Positions 1-9,816 of a stretch of 39,697 nt of DNA are shown piece by piece; positions within the stretch are counted from its first letter, which is position 1; every line of letters begins with the position of its first letter. This stretch comes from Dehalococcoidia bacterium. Its GTDB lineage: Bacteria > Chloroflexota > Dehalococcoidia > JACQUA01. A program made the translations under genes and the position numbers. The stretch is from positions 1-39,697 of the forward strand of contig JAUYHV010000189.1 in assembly GCA_030689845.1 (NCBI GenBank), in the 5' to 3' direction. Below the pieces are notes generated by a model, which was not told where the DNA came from, did no database searches, and saw only the letters and a program-made list of their open reading frames with translations.

Positions 1-92
1 GCTAACAGGGTGCTGTCCACTCCTCCCGAATAAGCCACCAGCAAAGATCCCATCCCTTTGATTATTTTTTCCAGCTTTTTCAGTTTATCCAT
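1..92 (-). CDS. larE: LarE-family PP-loop ATP-dependent sulfur transferase, 5' part (runs off the window edge)
   Basis: Hand translation (not in ORF track): MDKLKKLEKIIKGMGSLLVAYSGGVDSTLL, with the PP-loop motif AYSGGVDST close to the N-terminus as in LarE. Only 30 aa are visible, so another PP-loop family is possible. Confidence 0.7.
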   Translation of the reverse strand, partial: MDKLKKLEKIIKGMGSLLVAYSGGVDSTLL

Positions 93-146
93 ATCAAAAC
101 TTGCCGTTAAAACTTAAATACCGTCATTAATCAAGCGGAAAAAACG

Positions 147-1550
147 CTACTCGCTGTCATCGGACCTTGTTTTATTAGTTTTTGCCTCTGGCAAAGCATG
201 TCTGAAGGCCTCCCTGACAGTTTCGGCGGCAATAATCTCGATGCCTCCAGGCACCGGTCCGGTAAGACCTGCCTTTGGTAGGAGACAGCGTTTAAAACCG
301 AGTCGTGCCGCCTCCCCCAGCCGCCTCTCCATCTGGGGTACACCCCGCAATTCACCGGTCAGACCGATTTCTCCGATGGCAACCAGTCCAGGGTCCAGTT
401 CGCGGTTGCGCATACTGGAAGCGATAGCCAGGGCTATTCCCAGGTCTGCCGCCGGTTCATTGACCTTGAGGCCTCCCGTTACGTTTACCAGTATATCCTG
501 GTTGGAAAGGGGGATGGATGCCCGCCGGGTAAGAACGGCGGAAATGAGCAGCAGCCGGTTAAAATCAATGCCGTTGGCGGTACGCCTGGGCATACCGAAA
601 AGAGTTGGATTGGTCAAAGCCTGGATTTCCACCAGAAGAGGACGTGTTCCCTCCAGGGTCGGGATAACTATGGACCCGACGGTATGGGTAGCTCTCTGCG
701 ATAAAAAGACCAGGGACGGATTGTCCACTTCCACGAGACCCTGGGAACGCATCTCGAAGATACCTATTTCATTGGTGGAACCATAGCGGTTTTTATCTCC
801 CCGCAATATCCTGTAAGCACTGAAGGGTTCACCCTCCATGTACAAAACAACGTCGACCATGTGTTCCAGGGTCTTGGGTCCGGCTATTGCGCCATCCTTG
901 GTAACATGCCCGGCAACGATAACAGGGCGGCCGCTTTTTTTTGCGTTTTCCGCCAGCCGAAAGGTACACTCCCGAACCTGGGAAAGGCTGCCGGGAACCC
1001 CTGCAATGCCGGGTTGGGAAATGGTCTGAATAGAATCTATTATGGAAATAACCGGCGAAAGGTCTTCGATAGCGGATATGATGGAGTCAAGGTCTGTTTC
1101 GGCCAGGAGAAATAATCCCTCCCCTTTTATTCCTACCCTGTTAGCCCTCAATTTCAACTGTTGCAGGGATTCTTCCCCCGAAACATAAAGAATCTTTCCG
1201 CTTTCCCCTGCCAGGCAGCCGCTTATCTGCAACAACAGAGTGGATTTTCCTATGCCGGGATCCCCTCCTATAAGAACGACAGACCCTGGCACAAGTCCGC
1301 CGCCAAGCACCCTGTTCAGTTCTTTAAAAGGCAATATAATACGGTTCGAGGATTCATCCGCTATTGCCGATAATTCTAACGGTAAATTATTAGAGGTACT
1401 TTTTCCCCGGGGATGTTGTTTCCCGGAAGTCGCATTTGACTGAATTAAAGTATTCCACTGGTCGCACCCGGGACACTTACCAAACCACCTGGAGCTCTCA
1501 CGACCACATTGCTGGCAAACGTAAATAGTTTTTTGCCTGCCCTTGTCCAT
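147..1550 (-). CDS. radA: DNA repair protein RadA/Sms
   Basis: N-terminal C4 zinc finger (CQQC...CPGC), Walker A GDPGIGKST, KNRYG motif, Lon-like C-terminal domain. Start moved to ATG 1550, which has a GGGGG SD-like run upstream; ORF track gives 1565. Confidence 0.96.
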   Translation of the reverse strand: MDKGRQKTIYVCQQCGRESSRWFGKCPGCDQWNTLIQSNATSGKQHPRGKSTSNNLPLELSAIADESSNRIILPFKELNRVLGGGLVPGSVVLIGGDPGIGKSTLLLQISGCLAGESGKILYVSGEESLQQLKLRANRVGIKGEGLFLLAETDLDSIISAIEDLSPVISIIDSIQTISQPGIAGVPGSLSQVRECTFRLAENAKKSGRPVIVAGHVTKDGAIAGPKTLEHMVDVVLYMEGEPFSAYRILRGDKNRYGSTNEIGIFEMRSQGLVEVDNPSLVFLSQRATHTVGSIVIPTLEGTRPLLVEIQALTNPTLFGMPRRTANGIDFNRLLLISAVLTRRASIPLSNQDILVNVTGGLKVNEPAADLGIALAIASSMRNRELDPGLVAIGEIGLTGELRGVPQMERRLGEAARLGFKRCLLPKAGLTGPVPGGIEIIAAETVREAFRHALPEAKTNKTRSDDSE

Positions 1551-1583
1551 TACCCCCACCTTCATGACTAAAATATCTGAATT

Positions 1584-1630
1584 AAAAAAAACGCAATGCC
1601 AGGAAATTCATTGAACCCCCCGAATTGCGT
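1584..1630 (-). terminator. Intrinsic terminator after the biotin-carrier gene
   Basis: Minus strand ACGCAAT-TCGGGGGGTTC-AAT-GAATTTCCTGGC-ATTGCGT followed by a T run of about 8, 10 nt after the stop codon. Confidence 0.75.
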
Positions 1631-1640
1631 AATCGAATCT

Positions 1641-1862
1641 TTAATACTCTATTTTTGCCAGGACGTCTCCGGATTTAACTGCCTGCCCCACCGCTAAATT
1701 AATTTCGGTAACTTTTCCTGCCACAGGCGACAGAACAGGGTTTTCCATTTTCATAGATTCAAGGATACAGATTACATCGCCTTCTTTTACCTGGGCGCCA
1801 ACCGAGCTATTGATAGATACTATCTTTCCCGCAATAGGGATTTCAATGATTTCTACGGCCAT
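1641..1862 (-). CDS. Stand-alone biotin carboxyl carrier (biotinyl domain) protein
   Basis: 73 aa with the biotinylation motif ILESMKMENPV and typical G(A/Q)xVKxGD repeats; strong SD AGGAGG upstream. Confidence 0.92.
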   Translation of the reverse strand: MAVEIIEIPIAGKIVSINSSVGAQVKEGDVICILESMKMENPVLSPVAGKVTEINLAVGQAVKSGDVLAKIEY

Positions 1863-1965
1863 TACTGTAACCTCCTGTAAATTCTATTTAACTGAAAATA
1901 TCGACGTGTTGTCCCGGGAGAACGGGAACCGGGAAAAACTTCGTATTGTTAATAAAGGCAATACA

Positions 1966-1992
1966 AAGGGAATCCACCTGGAGGATTCCCTT
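1966..1992 (-). terminator. Intrinsic terminator after clpC
   Basis: Perfect 10-bp inverted repeat AAGGGAATCC-N7-GGATTCCCTT, followed on the minus strand by TGTATT, about 60 nt after the clpC stop. Confidence 0.7.
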
Positions 1993-2051
1993 ATGTGGTT
2001 ACTTACCCGCAAACCGGAATATTAACCAGGTACATTCTGGCAAGCTGACCT

Positions 2052-4514
2052 TCAGGGTGAAGTGTTAGCCATAGATGCAGTTTTAATAACTATCTCCTCA
2101 CCCTCATTGGTAATGGTAACAGTATCACCCGGGTGGAAATCCTCTCTCAATAAACCCTCTGAAAGCTGGTCCTCTACCAGGTCCTGTATTATTCTTCTCA
2201 GTGGTCTGGCTCCAAAATTCTGGTCGTATCCCTTTTCCCCCAACAGGTCTTTGGCCGAATCTGAAATCTCCAGAGTAATACCTTTTTCCATCAGGTTTTT
2301 AATCACGTTAGAAAGCATCAACTCAACAATCTGGCGAATATGGTCTTTATTTAAAGAATGAAAAACCAGGATACCGTCAATGCGGTTAAGGAATTCAGGA
2401 CGGAAGGTCTTTTTAAGCTCTCCCAGGACTTTTTCCTTCATCCTCTCGTAGGAATCTTTCTGGTTTTTTGCTTCGTCGGCCCGGGCGGTAAATCCGATGA
2501 GGCTGTCCTTCTTTATCAACTCCGCCCCGACATTGCTGGTCATTACAATGATGGTGTTACGGAAATCCACCTTGCGTCCTTTGGCATCCGTTAAGTGTCC
2601 GTCATCGAATATCTGCAACAGGATGTTAAAGACATCCGGGTGTGCCTTTTCAATTTCATCAAGAAGTACCGCGCTGTATGATTTCCGCCGTATAGCCTCG
2701 GTCAATTGCCCGCCATCATCGTAACCGACATAACCGGGCGGCGCACCAACGAGCCTTGCTACGGTATGTCTTTCCATAAATTCCGACATGTCGAGGCGTA
2801 AAAGAGCGTCCTCGCTGCCAAACATAAATTCCGAAAGGGTCTTGACCAGTTCGGTCTTTCCGACCCCGGTAGGTCCGAGGAAAATAAAACTGCCTATAGG
2901 CCGCCGCGGGTCCTTAATCCCCGCACGAGCCCTCCTGATGGCCTTGGATACCATTGTAATTGCCTCATCCTGTCCGATTATTCTCTCGTGCAGGACGCCT
3001 TCCATCTGCAAAAGCCGCTTGGTCTCGTCACCGGCCAGGCGGGTAACCGGGATACCTGTCCACATGCTGACGATTTCGGCTATGTCTTCTTCATTTACTA
3101 TAGGCTTTTCCAGAGACTGCTCCGATTGCCAGCCCTGTTCCATTTTTTGCAACCGTTCCGTCAACTGGATTTCCCTGTCACGGAGTTCTGCCGCAAATTC
3201 ATATTGCTGGCTGCCAATGGCTTCTTCTTTATCCTTTTTAACAATTTCCAGACCGTGGCGGGCGTCCCTGACACCGATGGGCACCACTCCCCGCTTTATC
3301 CGCACTCTCGAAGAAGCTTCATCAATTAAATCAATAGCTTTATCAGGTAAAAATCGGTCTGGTATATACCTGGCTGCCAGGGGAACAGCAGCTTTAATTG
3401 CTTCGTCGCTGATGGTCAACGAATGGTGGTCCTCGTAGCGCTGCCTGATCCCCATAAGAATCTCAACAGTCTCCTCCTGGGTCGGTTCCTCAACATGAAC
3501 CGGCTGGAACCTGCGTTCCAGGGCGGCATCCCTTTCGACATACTTCCTGTATTCATCCTGGGTTGTAGCGCCGATACACTGCAACTCACCCCGTGCTAGT
3601 GGTGGTTTTAGTATATTTGCTGCATCGATGGCACCCTCGGCTGCTCCGGCACCGACGATTGTGTGGAGTTCATCCACAAAGAGGACACAGTTACCCGACG
3701 ACTTTATCTCTTCGATAACCTTTTTCAGTCTTTCCTCGAACTCACCCCTGTATTTTGTACCGGCGACCAGGGAGCCCATGTCCAGAGTCAACAACCTCTT
3801 GTTATGAAGGGACTCCGGGACGTCTCCTGCTACGATACGATGGGCAAGACCTTCCACAATAGCTGTTTTGCCCACACCCGGTTCTCCGACGAGGGCTGGA
3901 TTATTTTTAGTACGCCGGCTGAGAATCTGAATTACCCGCTCAATCTCCTTATGCCGTCCAATAACAGGGTCAAGCTTACCGGCTCTGGCAGCGGCAGTCA
4001 GATCAATACCAAGCTGGTCCAGCGTCGGAGTCCGACTCGTTGAGCGGGTACCCGCTTGCCCGTGGGTAACACCCTGGCTCAGAACACGGTTAGTTTCTGC
4101 CCGCACCTTGTCCAGGTTAATGCCTAAACTCTCCAGGACGCCGGACGCCACTCCTTCACCCTCCCGGAGTAACCCCAGGAGGAGATGTTCCGTGCCGATG
4201 TAGCTATGATTAAGGCGGCGAGCTTCATCAACCGCCAGTTCTATGACTTTTTTCGCCCGGGGAGTCAGGCCAACCTCCGAACTTGATGCTTTTTCCCCCC
4301 TGCCGATAATAAACTCCACAGCCGCCCTGACTTTACCAAGGTCAACATTGAGATTGGCAAGTACCTTCGCTGCCACTCCCTCCCCTTCTCTTACCAACCC
4401 GAGAAGGATGTGCTCGGTCCCGATATAGTGGTGGTTGAAACGATGGGCTTCTTCCTGGGCAAACGTTAGTACCCTTCGTGCCCTCTCTGAAAATTTTTCA
4501 AATCTACTCGCCAT
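2052..4514 (-). CDS. clpC: ATP-dependent Clp protease ATP-binding subunit ClpC
   Basis: Double Clp-N domain, two AAA+ modules ([16 protein letters not shown]), UVR middle domain ([11 protein letters not shown]), GAPPGYVG pore loop and an IGF ClpP-docking loop. Confidence 0.97.
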   Translation of the reverse strand: MASRFEKFSERARRVLTFAQEEAHRFNHHYIGTEHILLGLVREGEGVAAKVLANLNVDLGKVRAAVEFIIGRGEKASSSEVGLTPRAKKVIELAVDEARRLNHSYIGTEHLLLGLLREGEGVASGVLESLGINLDKVRAETNRVLSQGVTHGQAGTRSTSRTPTLDQLGIDLTAAARAGKLDPVIGRHKEIERVIQILSRRTKNNPALVGEPGVGKTAIVEGLAHRIVAGDVPESLHNKRLLTLDMGSLVAGTKYRGEFEERLKKVIEEIKSSGNCVLFVDELHTIVGAGAAEGAIDAANILKPPLARGELQCIGATTQDEYRKYVERDAALERRFQPVHVEEPTQEETVEILMGIRQRYEDHHSLTISDEAIKAAVPLAARYIPDRFLPDKAIDLIDEASSRVRIKRGVVPIGVRDARHGLEIVKKDKEEAIGSQQYEFAAELRDREIQLTERLQKMEQGWQSEQSLEKPIVNEEDIAEIVSMWTGIPVTRLAGDETKRLLQMEGVLHERIIGQDEAITMVSKAIRRARAGIKDPRRPIGSFIFLGPTGVGKTELVKTLSEFMFGSEDALLRLDMSEFMERHTVARLVGAPPGYVGYDDGGQLTEAIRRKSYSAVLLDEIEKAHPDVFNILLQIFDDGHLTDAKGRKVDFRNTIIVMTSNVGAELIKKDSLIGFTARADEAKNQKDSYERMKEKVLGELKKTFRPEFLNRIDGILVFHSLNKDHIRQIVELMLSNVIKNLMEKGITLEISDSAKDLLGEKGYDQNFGARPLRRIIQDLVEDQLSEGLLREDFHPGDTVTITNEGEEIVIKTASMANTSP

Positions 4515-5694
4515 GGTTATCCTGCTTTTCCGGTTCCCCGGAACTATCTCCCTCGGTAATCTGGTATTCCTGTTCCACCATTAGGCTTAATCTCAGACGG
4601 TGCTTTTCCGTATCGACACTGATGATTTTCATCGTTAATACTTCATCGGTTTTTACCACTTCTTTGGGGTGAGCAATCCTCCGGTCAGCCATCTCGGATA
4701 CGTGAATTAACCCATCGATGACCTCATCGACTTTGACAAAAGCCCCATAATCTACAAGCCTGGTAATCCTGCCGTTGACAAGTTGCCCGACAACGTATTT
4801 TTCCCCCATATTTTGCCAGGGAGAGGGCTGAATCCTTTTCGTACTTAATAATATTTTTTTTGCTTCTTTATCCATCTTCAAGACCAGGACGTCAACTTCA
4901 TTCCCCACATTTATTACGTCCGACGGTTTCACAAAAGACTGCCATGAAAGCTCGGACAAGGGTATGAGGCCGTCAGCCGCGCCGAGGTTGATAAACACAC
5001 CAAACGGATGAATCCCGGTCACCATTCCCTTTCTGACATCCCCTTCGTTTATTTCATTAAAGAATTGCTCTTTTTGCAGTTCCCGGGTCTCCTTTTGGGC
5101 CAACATCTCGGAGAGTATCAAGCGGTTTCGGTCCCTGTCAAGTTCAAGAATTTTAACAGTGATAGATTTCCCCGCTAAACCGGGGACGGCATCCTCGTTA
5201 TTAAGTGTGACCCTCGTTGAAGGGGAAAGCTGTGACAGGGGAACAAACCCTCGAACCCTGCCGTAATTGGCCAGAAATCCCCCCTTGTTATAAGAGATAA
5301 GAATAACTTCGATGGGCTGGTTGGCCGCCAATTTTTCTCCGAGGTCCTTCCAGTTTTTTTCCCGCTCGGCCCTGTCGACCGAAAGAACAGGATGCCCGGC
5401 TTCATCCTCCGTATTCAAAATATATACAAGTACCTCGTTACCTATTTCAACAGAAAAACCTTCCCCGTTAATGACTGAACGCATTTCGCCGGGTGGAACG
5501 AAACCTTCTGACTTACAACCTACACTTACCCACATGCCGTCATTACCGACCGAAACCACAGTGCCCGCAACTATTTCGCCGCTACGCATCACATTACCTT
5601 GTGAGAGTTGTTCCCATCCGTCCATGCCACTATCAGTGGCCTGCCCGTCCTTTGAGGGACCAGGACCGATTATTGGAATAAGTCCAGTTGCCAT
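4504..5694 (-). CDS. rpsA: Four-S1-domain RNA-binding protein (ribosomal protein S1-like)
   Basis: Four S1 repeats (GEIVAGTV..EGFVP; NKGG..RGFVPLSQ; GVFINLGAADGLIPLSELSW; YGAFV..DGLIHVSE). The track start at 5742 lies inside the predicted promoter spacer, so ATG 5694 (or 5625) is more likely. Confidence 0.82.
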   Translation of the reverse strand: MATGLIPIIGPGPSKDGQATDSGMDGWEQLSQGNVMRSGEIVAGTVVSVGNDGMWVSVGCKSEGFVPPGEMRSVINGEGFSVEIGNEVLVYILNTEDEAGHPVLSVDRAEREKNWKDLGEKLAANQPIEVILISYNKGGFLANYGRVRGFVPLSQLSPSTRVTLNNEDAVPGLAGKSITVKILELDRDRNRLILSEMLAQKETRELQKEQFFNEINEGDVRKGMVTGIHPFGVFINLGAADGLIPLSELSWQSFVKPSDVINVGNEVDVLVLKMDKEAKKILLSTKRIQPSPWQNMGEKYVVGQLVNGRITRLVDYGAFVKVDEVIDGLIHVSEMADRRIAHPKEVVKTDEVLTMKIISVDTEKHRLRLSLMVEQEYQITEGDSSGEPEKQDNHGE

Positions 5695-5727
5695 AAAATT
5701 TGTTGTCCCATTTTTATTACCCGTTAT

Positions 5728-5756
5728 ATTATAGTGTACCATGAGTAAAAGGTCAA
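5728..5756 (-). promoter_or_regulatory. sigma70/sigmaA promoter for rpsA-clpC
   Basis: Minus strand TTGACC (5756-5751), 17-bp spacer, TATAAT (5733-5728). Confidence 0.8.
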
Positions 5757-5948
5757 AGTTAACTATCTATTTATTCGGGCTAAATATATCAAATTCAATT
5801 ATAATTACTGGTGATTAAAAAATATACTATAAGAGAAATTGATGTGCTGTCAACCGCTGCACACGAAAAATTGGATAAACTTGGTATTTAAACGGAAATT
5901 TTTCCTGTTACGCAGCGCACAGGGTAAAGCTAAATAAAAGAAAATAAT

Positions 5949-6752
5949 TTGAAATATTTATTCGGCCAACAGGACTTTCTTTCCCGGGCACTAAGAGACC
6001 GCACCCGCATCCTTTTAATGCTGGATTATGACGGTACTCTGAGTGAAATTGCCGGCACTCCGGAACTGGCCGGCTTACCGGACACCATGAAGCACACTTT
6101 GGAACGCCTCGCCCTCCACCGGGGAATTACCACGGGAATCATAAGCGGTCGTTCTGTCGAAGAACTTCGAAGAAAAGTGGGAATAGACGGGCTCTTTTAC
6201 TCGGGAAACCACGGCCTTGAGATTGAAGGCCCGGAATTCATGTACGTTTTTCCCGTGCCCGAGGAACTCCTTTCCATTATCAGGCGCCTCAACGGCGAGT
6301 TGTCCCGTGCGTTTGAAGGTATGCAGGGCGTCCTGGTAGAAGACAAGGGTCTTAGCTTGAGCGTTCATTACCGCCTCGTACCCGAACACAGGATGGACGA
6401 ATTTTCTGCCATTTTTCGCCGCGCTGTGGATAAACTGCAGTTGACAGGGAAAATCGATGTAAGAGGAGGGAAAAAGGTTTTCGATATAAGGCCGCCGGTT
6501 TCGTGGAACAAAGGCAACGCGGTTGAAATGCTTATCCGGCGGGAAGCGTATGCGGGAGGGAAAGGAAATAATTTGTGTTTTTACCTTGGAGACGATACTA
6601 CCGACGAAGACGGTTTTCAAGCCGTGAACAGGGTGAGGGGGATATCTATAATTATAGGTGGCGAAAAAACCGGGTCCGCTGCGAATTATTTCCTCCGGGA
6701 CACTTCTGAAGTCGAAACTTTTTTAAATATGTTGTTAGAAATCTCTAATTGA
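5949..6752 (+). CDS. otsB: Trehalose-6-phosphate phosphatase (HAD IIB)
   Basis: LDYDGTL motif I, IISGR, GNHGLEI, VEDKGLSLSVHYR, WNKG and YLGDDTTDEDGF motifs. TTG start. Confidence 0.92.
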   Translation: MKYLFGQQDFLSRALRDRTRILLMLDYDGTLSEIAGTPELAGLPDTMKHTLERLALHRGITTGIISGRSVEELRRKVGIDGLFYSGNHGLEIEGPEFMYVFPVPEELLSIIRRLNGELSRAFEGMQGVLVEDKGLSLSVHYRLVPEHRMDEFSAIFRRAVDKLQLTGKIDVRGGKKVFDIRPPVSWNKGNAVEMLIRREAYAGGKGNNLCFYLGDDTTDEDGFQAVNRVRGISIIIGGEKTGSAANYFLRDTSEVETFLNMLLEISN

Positions 6753-6801
6753 TGACAATGACCCCTTTTTGTTCGGAGGAAAAACAGGTTATATAAATAA
6801 T

Positions 6802-8262
6802 ATGATCACCAATATGGTTACCAGTGGAAACAGGGTCCTTCTTATCAATCCAAACCGGATGAAACCAGCTACCGCACCCATAGCTCTGGACTGCCTCGGT
6901 GAATCCCTGCGTAAACACCGCTTTAACGTGGATGTGCTGGACCTGTGTTTCAGCGAAGAACCCATTCGGGAACTGGACCGGTATTTTAAACGGTCAGGTG
7001 ACCCTTCCCTTATCGCCGTCACCATCCGTAACACCGATGACACCTATTACGCCAGCCAGGACTTTTGCCTGGACCATTATAGAAACATAGTCAATTATAT
7101 CTCGGTGAAGTCAAACTCGGCAGTGGTTCTCGGAGGTTCCGGGTTTTCTGTCATGCCTGAAGCAATCCTCGAGTACTTCGACCTGAGCATGGGCATCTGG
7201 GGGGAAGGGGAATATTCTCTGCCGTTTCTTTTAAGGACATTAGCAACCCGCGGACAGCTTTCCGATGTCCCCGGACTTGTATACAGAAACGGGAATGATG
7301 ATTTTCAACGAAATGCTCCTCTTCAGATTGACCTTGCTAAAATGCCCCCTTTGGCGAGGGACAATGTGGATAACGTCAGGTATTTCAATGAAGGCGGTAT
7401 GGTGGGTATAGAATCCAAAAGGGGATGCTCAATGCGCTGTTCTTACTGCGCCGATCCCCTGGGCAAGGGTTCAAAGATTCGCCTGCGTTCCCCTGAAAGC
7501 GTAGCAGAGGAACTTGCCTCCCTCGTAGACAGGGGTATCGACCATTTCCATTTTTGTGACAGCGAATTTAATATCCCTGCTTCCCATGCGGACGAAGTAT
7601 GCACGGAGTTGATAAGAAACGGGGTCGGGAAAAAAATCAGGTGGTATGCCTATGTCAGCCCAGTTCCTTTCACCGAGGAATTAGCCCGTCTCTTTGTTAA
7701 ATCAGGCTGCGCAGGGCTTAATTTCGGCGCTGACAGCGGCAGCAACACCGTGCTTCGGGAATTGAAACGTGACTTTACAGTCCGGGACCTGGTGAATACG
7801 GCCGACATCTGCCGCAAATACAGTATACCTTTTATGTACGACCTGCTCATGGGAGGTCCAGGGGAAACCAGGGAAACACTGAAAGAGTCAGTGGAGTTGA
7901 TGAAACGGATTTCCCCTGACAGGGTCGGGGTATCCCTGGGCATACGCCTGTGGCCGGGAACAAATTTAGCGGAAATGGTCACTTCAGGGGGTTCCCTGGT
8001 GGAAAATCCCAATTTAAAGGGAAGGGTAACAGGCAACCAGTCTCTTCTCTTTCCTATATTTTACCTCTCTTCAAAACTCGGCATGGACGTGGACGATTAC
8101 CTTGCAGACCTCATCGACCGGGACGAACGTTTCTTCTTCGGTACCCATGAAGCAGGCGATGCCAATTACAACTACAATGATAACAGTATACTCGTCAATG
8201 CAATCAAAAACGGTTACCGCGGGGCCTACTGGGACATCCTTCGCCGTCTGGCGGAAAAATGA
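6802..8262 (+). CDS. Cobalamin-dependent radical SAM methyltransferase, TsrM-like
   Basis: N-terminal B12-binding domain (VLLINPN..P..AP.ALD, VTIRNTD, VLGGSGFSVMP, GEGE), CSMRCSYC cluster motif, DSEFN, GGPGET, C-terminal NYNDN...GYRGAYW. Start at ATG 6802 or 6814; track gives TTG 6769. Confidence 0.88.
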   Translation: MITNMVTSGNRVLLINPNRMKPATAPIALDCLGESLRKHRFNVDVLDLCFSEEPIRELDRYFKRSGDPSLIAVTIRNTDDTYYASQDFCLDHYRNIVNYISVKSNSAVVLGGSGFSVMPEAILEYFDLSMGIWGEGEYSLPFLLRTLATRGQLSDVPGLVYRNGNDDFQRNAPLQIDLAKMPPLARDNVDNVRYFNEGGMVGIESKRGCSMRCSYCADPLGKGSKIRLRSPESVAEELASLVDRGIDHFHFCDSEFNIPASHADEVCTELIRNGVGKKIRWYAYVSPVPFTEELARLFVKSGCAGLNFGADSGSNTVLRELKRDFTVRDLVNTADICRKYSIPFMYDLLMGGPGETRETLKESVELMKRISPDRVGVSLGIRLWPGTNLAEMVTSGGSLVENPNLKGRVTGNQSLLFPIFYLSSKLGMDVDDYLADLIDRDERFFFGTHEAGDANYNYNDNSILVNAIKNGYRGAYWDILRRLAEK

Positions 8263-8304
8263 CTCCGGTCCCGGGTTGGAAATATTTTTTTTGAAAGCCG
8301 CCCT

Positions 8305-8592
8305 TTGAACTATGCTGATGTGCAAACGCTCTTGACGGTTGCGGTCCATCCCAATGCCGGTCGAAACGAATTATTGGGATTTATGGATGAGGTCCTGCAT
8401 GTAAAAATCGCCGCTCCTCCGATAAAAGGAAAAGCTAATAAAGAACTGATTGAATTCCTTTGCCAGTTGCTTGGCACAGGCAAAAGCAGCGTCACCATCG
8501 AAAAAGGCCTGACCAGCAGGAAGAAAACGATTAAAATCCACGGAATCGAAAGGTTGCTGGTTTTGAAACGGCTGGCAGCAAATTGCGCTTAA
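8305..8592 (+). CDS. DUF167 / YggU-family protein
   Basis: VAVHPNAGRNE, VKIAAPPIKGKANKELIEFL, GLTSRKK pattern. Exact start uncertain. Confidence 0.88.
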   Translation: MNYADVQTLLTVAVHPNAGRNELLGFMDEVLHVKIAAPPIKGKANKELIEFLCQLLGTGKSSVTIEKGLTSRKKTIKIHGIERLLVLKRLAANCA

Positions 8593-8627
8593 AAAACCTG
8601 AACAATGAGACCAAAAGGTGTAATAAT

Positions 8628-9740
8628 TTGCCGGACGCAGATATAGTTATTGCCGGGGCCGGTGTTGTCGGACTGGCTATAGCCTCCCGCCTCGCATCCC
8701 CCTCCCGCAGAGTCTTTATTTTGGAGAAGAATTTCTCTTTCGGCCAGGAGACCAGCAGCCATAACAGCGGTGTTATCCACAGTGGCATCTATTACCCCGA
8801 GAACTCATTAAAAGCCCGGATGTGCACCAGGGGCAGGGAACTTCTCTATGAGATCTGCCGGACCCGGGGAGTGCCTTGTCTGAAACCGGGGAAGATAATC
8901 GTTGCCACCGGGGAAGATGAAATTGGACAACTGGAGGCGTTGTTCAATCAGGGAATGGCCAACGGGGTAACTGACCTGAAACTCCTATCCCGCAGACAGC
9001 TACGAACCCTCGAACCCAACGTTGAGGGGTCAGGAGCATTACTTTCTCCCTCCACGGGAATAATCGAGCCTTTTGCCCTGATGAACTGCTTTCTCCAGCA
9101 GGCCCGGGAAGGCGGCGCCGTATTTGCATTCCGGACGGAAGTGACCGGGCTGGAAAAATCAGCCGACGGTTTCACTGTGTCGGTTAAAGACTCGCAGGGA
9201 AGCTTTACTTTCGATACCCATGTATTTATTAACAGTTGCGGGCTTTATTCCGACAGGACAGCGGAACTTGCAGGAATAGATATCGACTCCGCAAAATACC
9301 GTATTCATTACTGTAAAGGCCACTACTTCATGTTGAAACACCGGGGCCCCCCACCGGTATCCCGCCCGGTGTACCCAGTGCCCGAAACCGACGGAGCCGG
9401 GCTGGGAATTCATATCACCCCGGACATTGAAGGAAACATCAGGCTTGGTCCCGATGCCCTTTACGTATCGTCCATTTCATACGGAGTTGCCGACTCCGGC
9501 AGGGAAGCATTCTGGAAATCGGCACGCCGCCTGGTGCCTGGTATTGATATAAATGAACTTTTCCCTGATTTTGCAGGAATAAGGCCGAAGCTCCAGGCCG
9601 AAGGAGAAGGGTTCCGGGACTTTGTTATAACGAATGAGCGGGAGCGCGGCCTGCCCGGACTCATCAACCTGCTGGGAATTGAATCCCCCGGCCTTACCTC
9701 GGCCCCGGCCATAGCCGAATATATCTCCGGCATCATCTAA
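8628..9740 (+). CDS. FAD-dependent oxidoreductase, L-2-hydroxyglutarate oxidase (LhgO)-like
   Basis: IAGAGVVG dinucleotide fold, ETSSHNSGVIHSGIYY, CKGHYF, LGIHIT, AGIRPK and GIESPGLT motifs. Likely TTG start at 8628 after AAAAGGTG. Confidence 0.88.
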   Translation: MPDADIVIAGAGVVGLAIASRLASPSRRVFILEKNFSFGQETSSHNSGVIHSGIYYPENSLKARMCTRGRELLYEICRTRGVPCLKPGKIIVATGEDEIGQLEALFNQGMANGVTDLKLLSRRQLRTLEPNVEGSGALLSPSTGIIEPFALMNCFLQQAREGGAVFAFRTEVTGLEKSADGFTVSVKDSQGSFTFDTHVFINSCGLYSDRTAELAGIDIDSAKYRIHYCKGHYFMLKHRGPPPVSRPVYPVPETDGAGLGIHITPDIEGNIRLGPDALYVSSISYGVADSGREAFWKSARRLVPGIDINELFPDFAGIRPKLQAEGEGFRDFVITNERERGLPGLINLLGIESPGLTSAPAIAEYISGII

Positions 9741-9775
9741 AAACTTTTCTCTTCTTTTTTCAAAAAAGCTTGTAA

Positions 9776-9804
9776 TTGACAAATGATTTCGAGCATGATA
9801 CAAT
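9776..9804 (+). promoter_or_regulatory. sigma70/sigmaA promoter of the ribosomal protein superoperon
   Basis: TTGACA (9776-9781), 17-bp spacer, TACAAT (9799-9804), with an extended -10 TG. Confidence 0.85.
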
Positions 9805-9816
9805 TTTTCCTCGCTG

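Noticed and set aside
5695-5742. S1 start at ATG 5742
   Set aside because: It lies between the -35 and -10 boxes of the predicted promoter, so it would not be transcribed.
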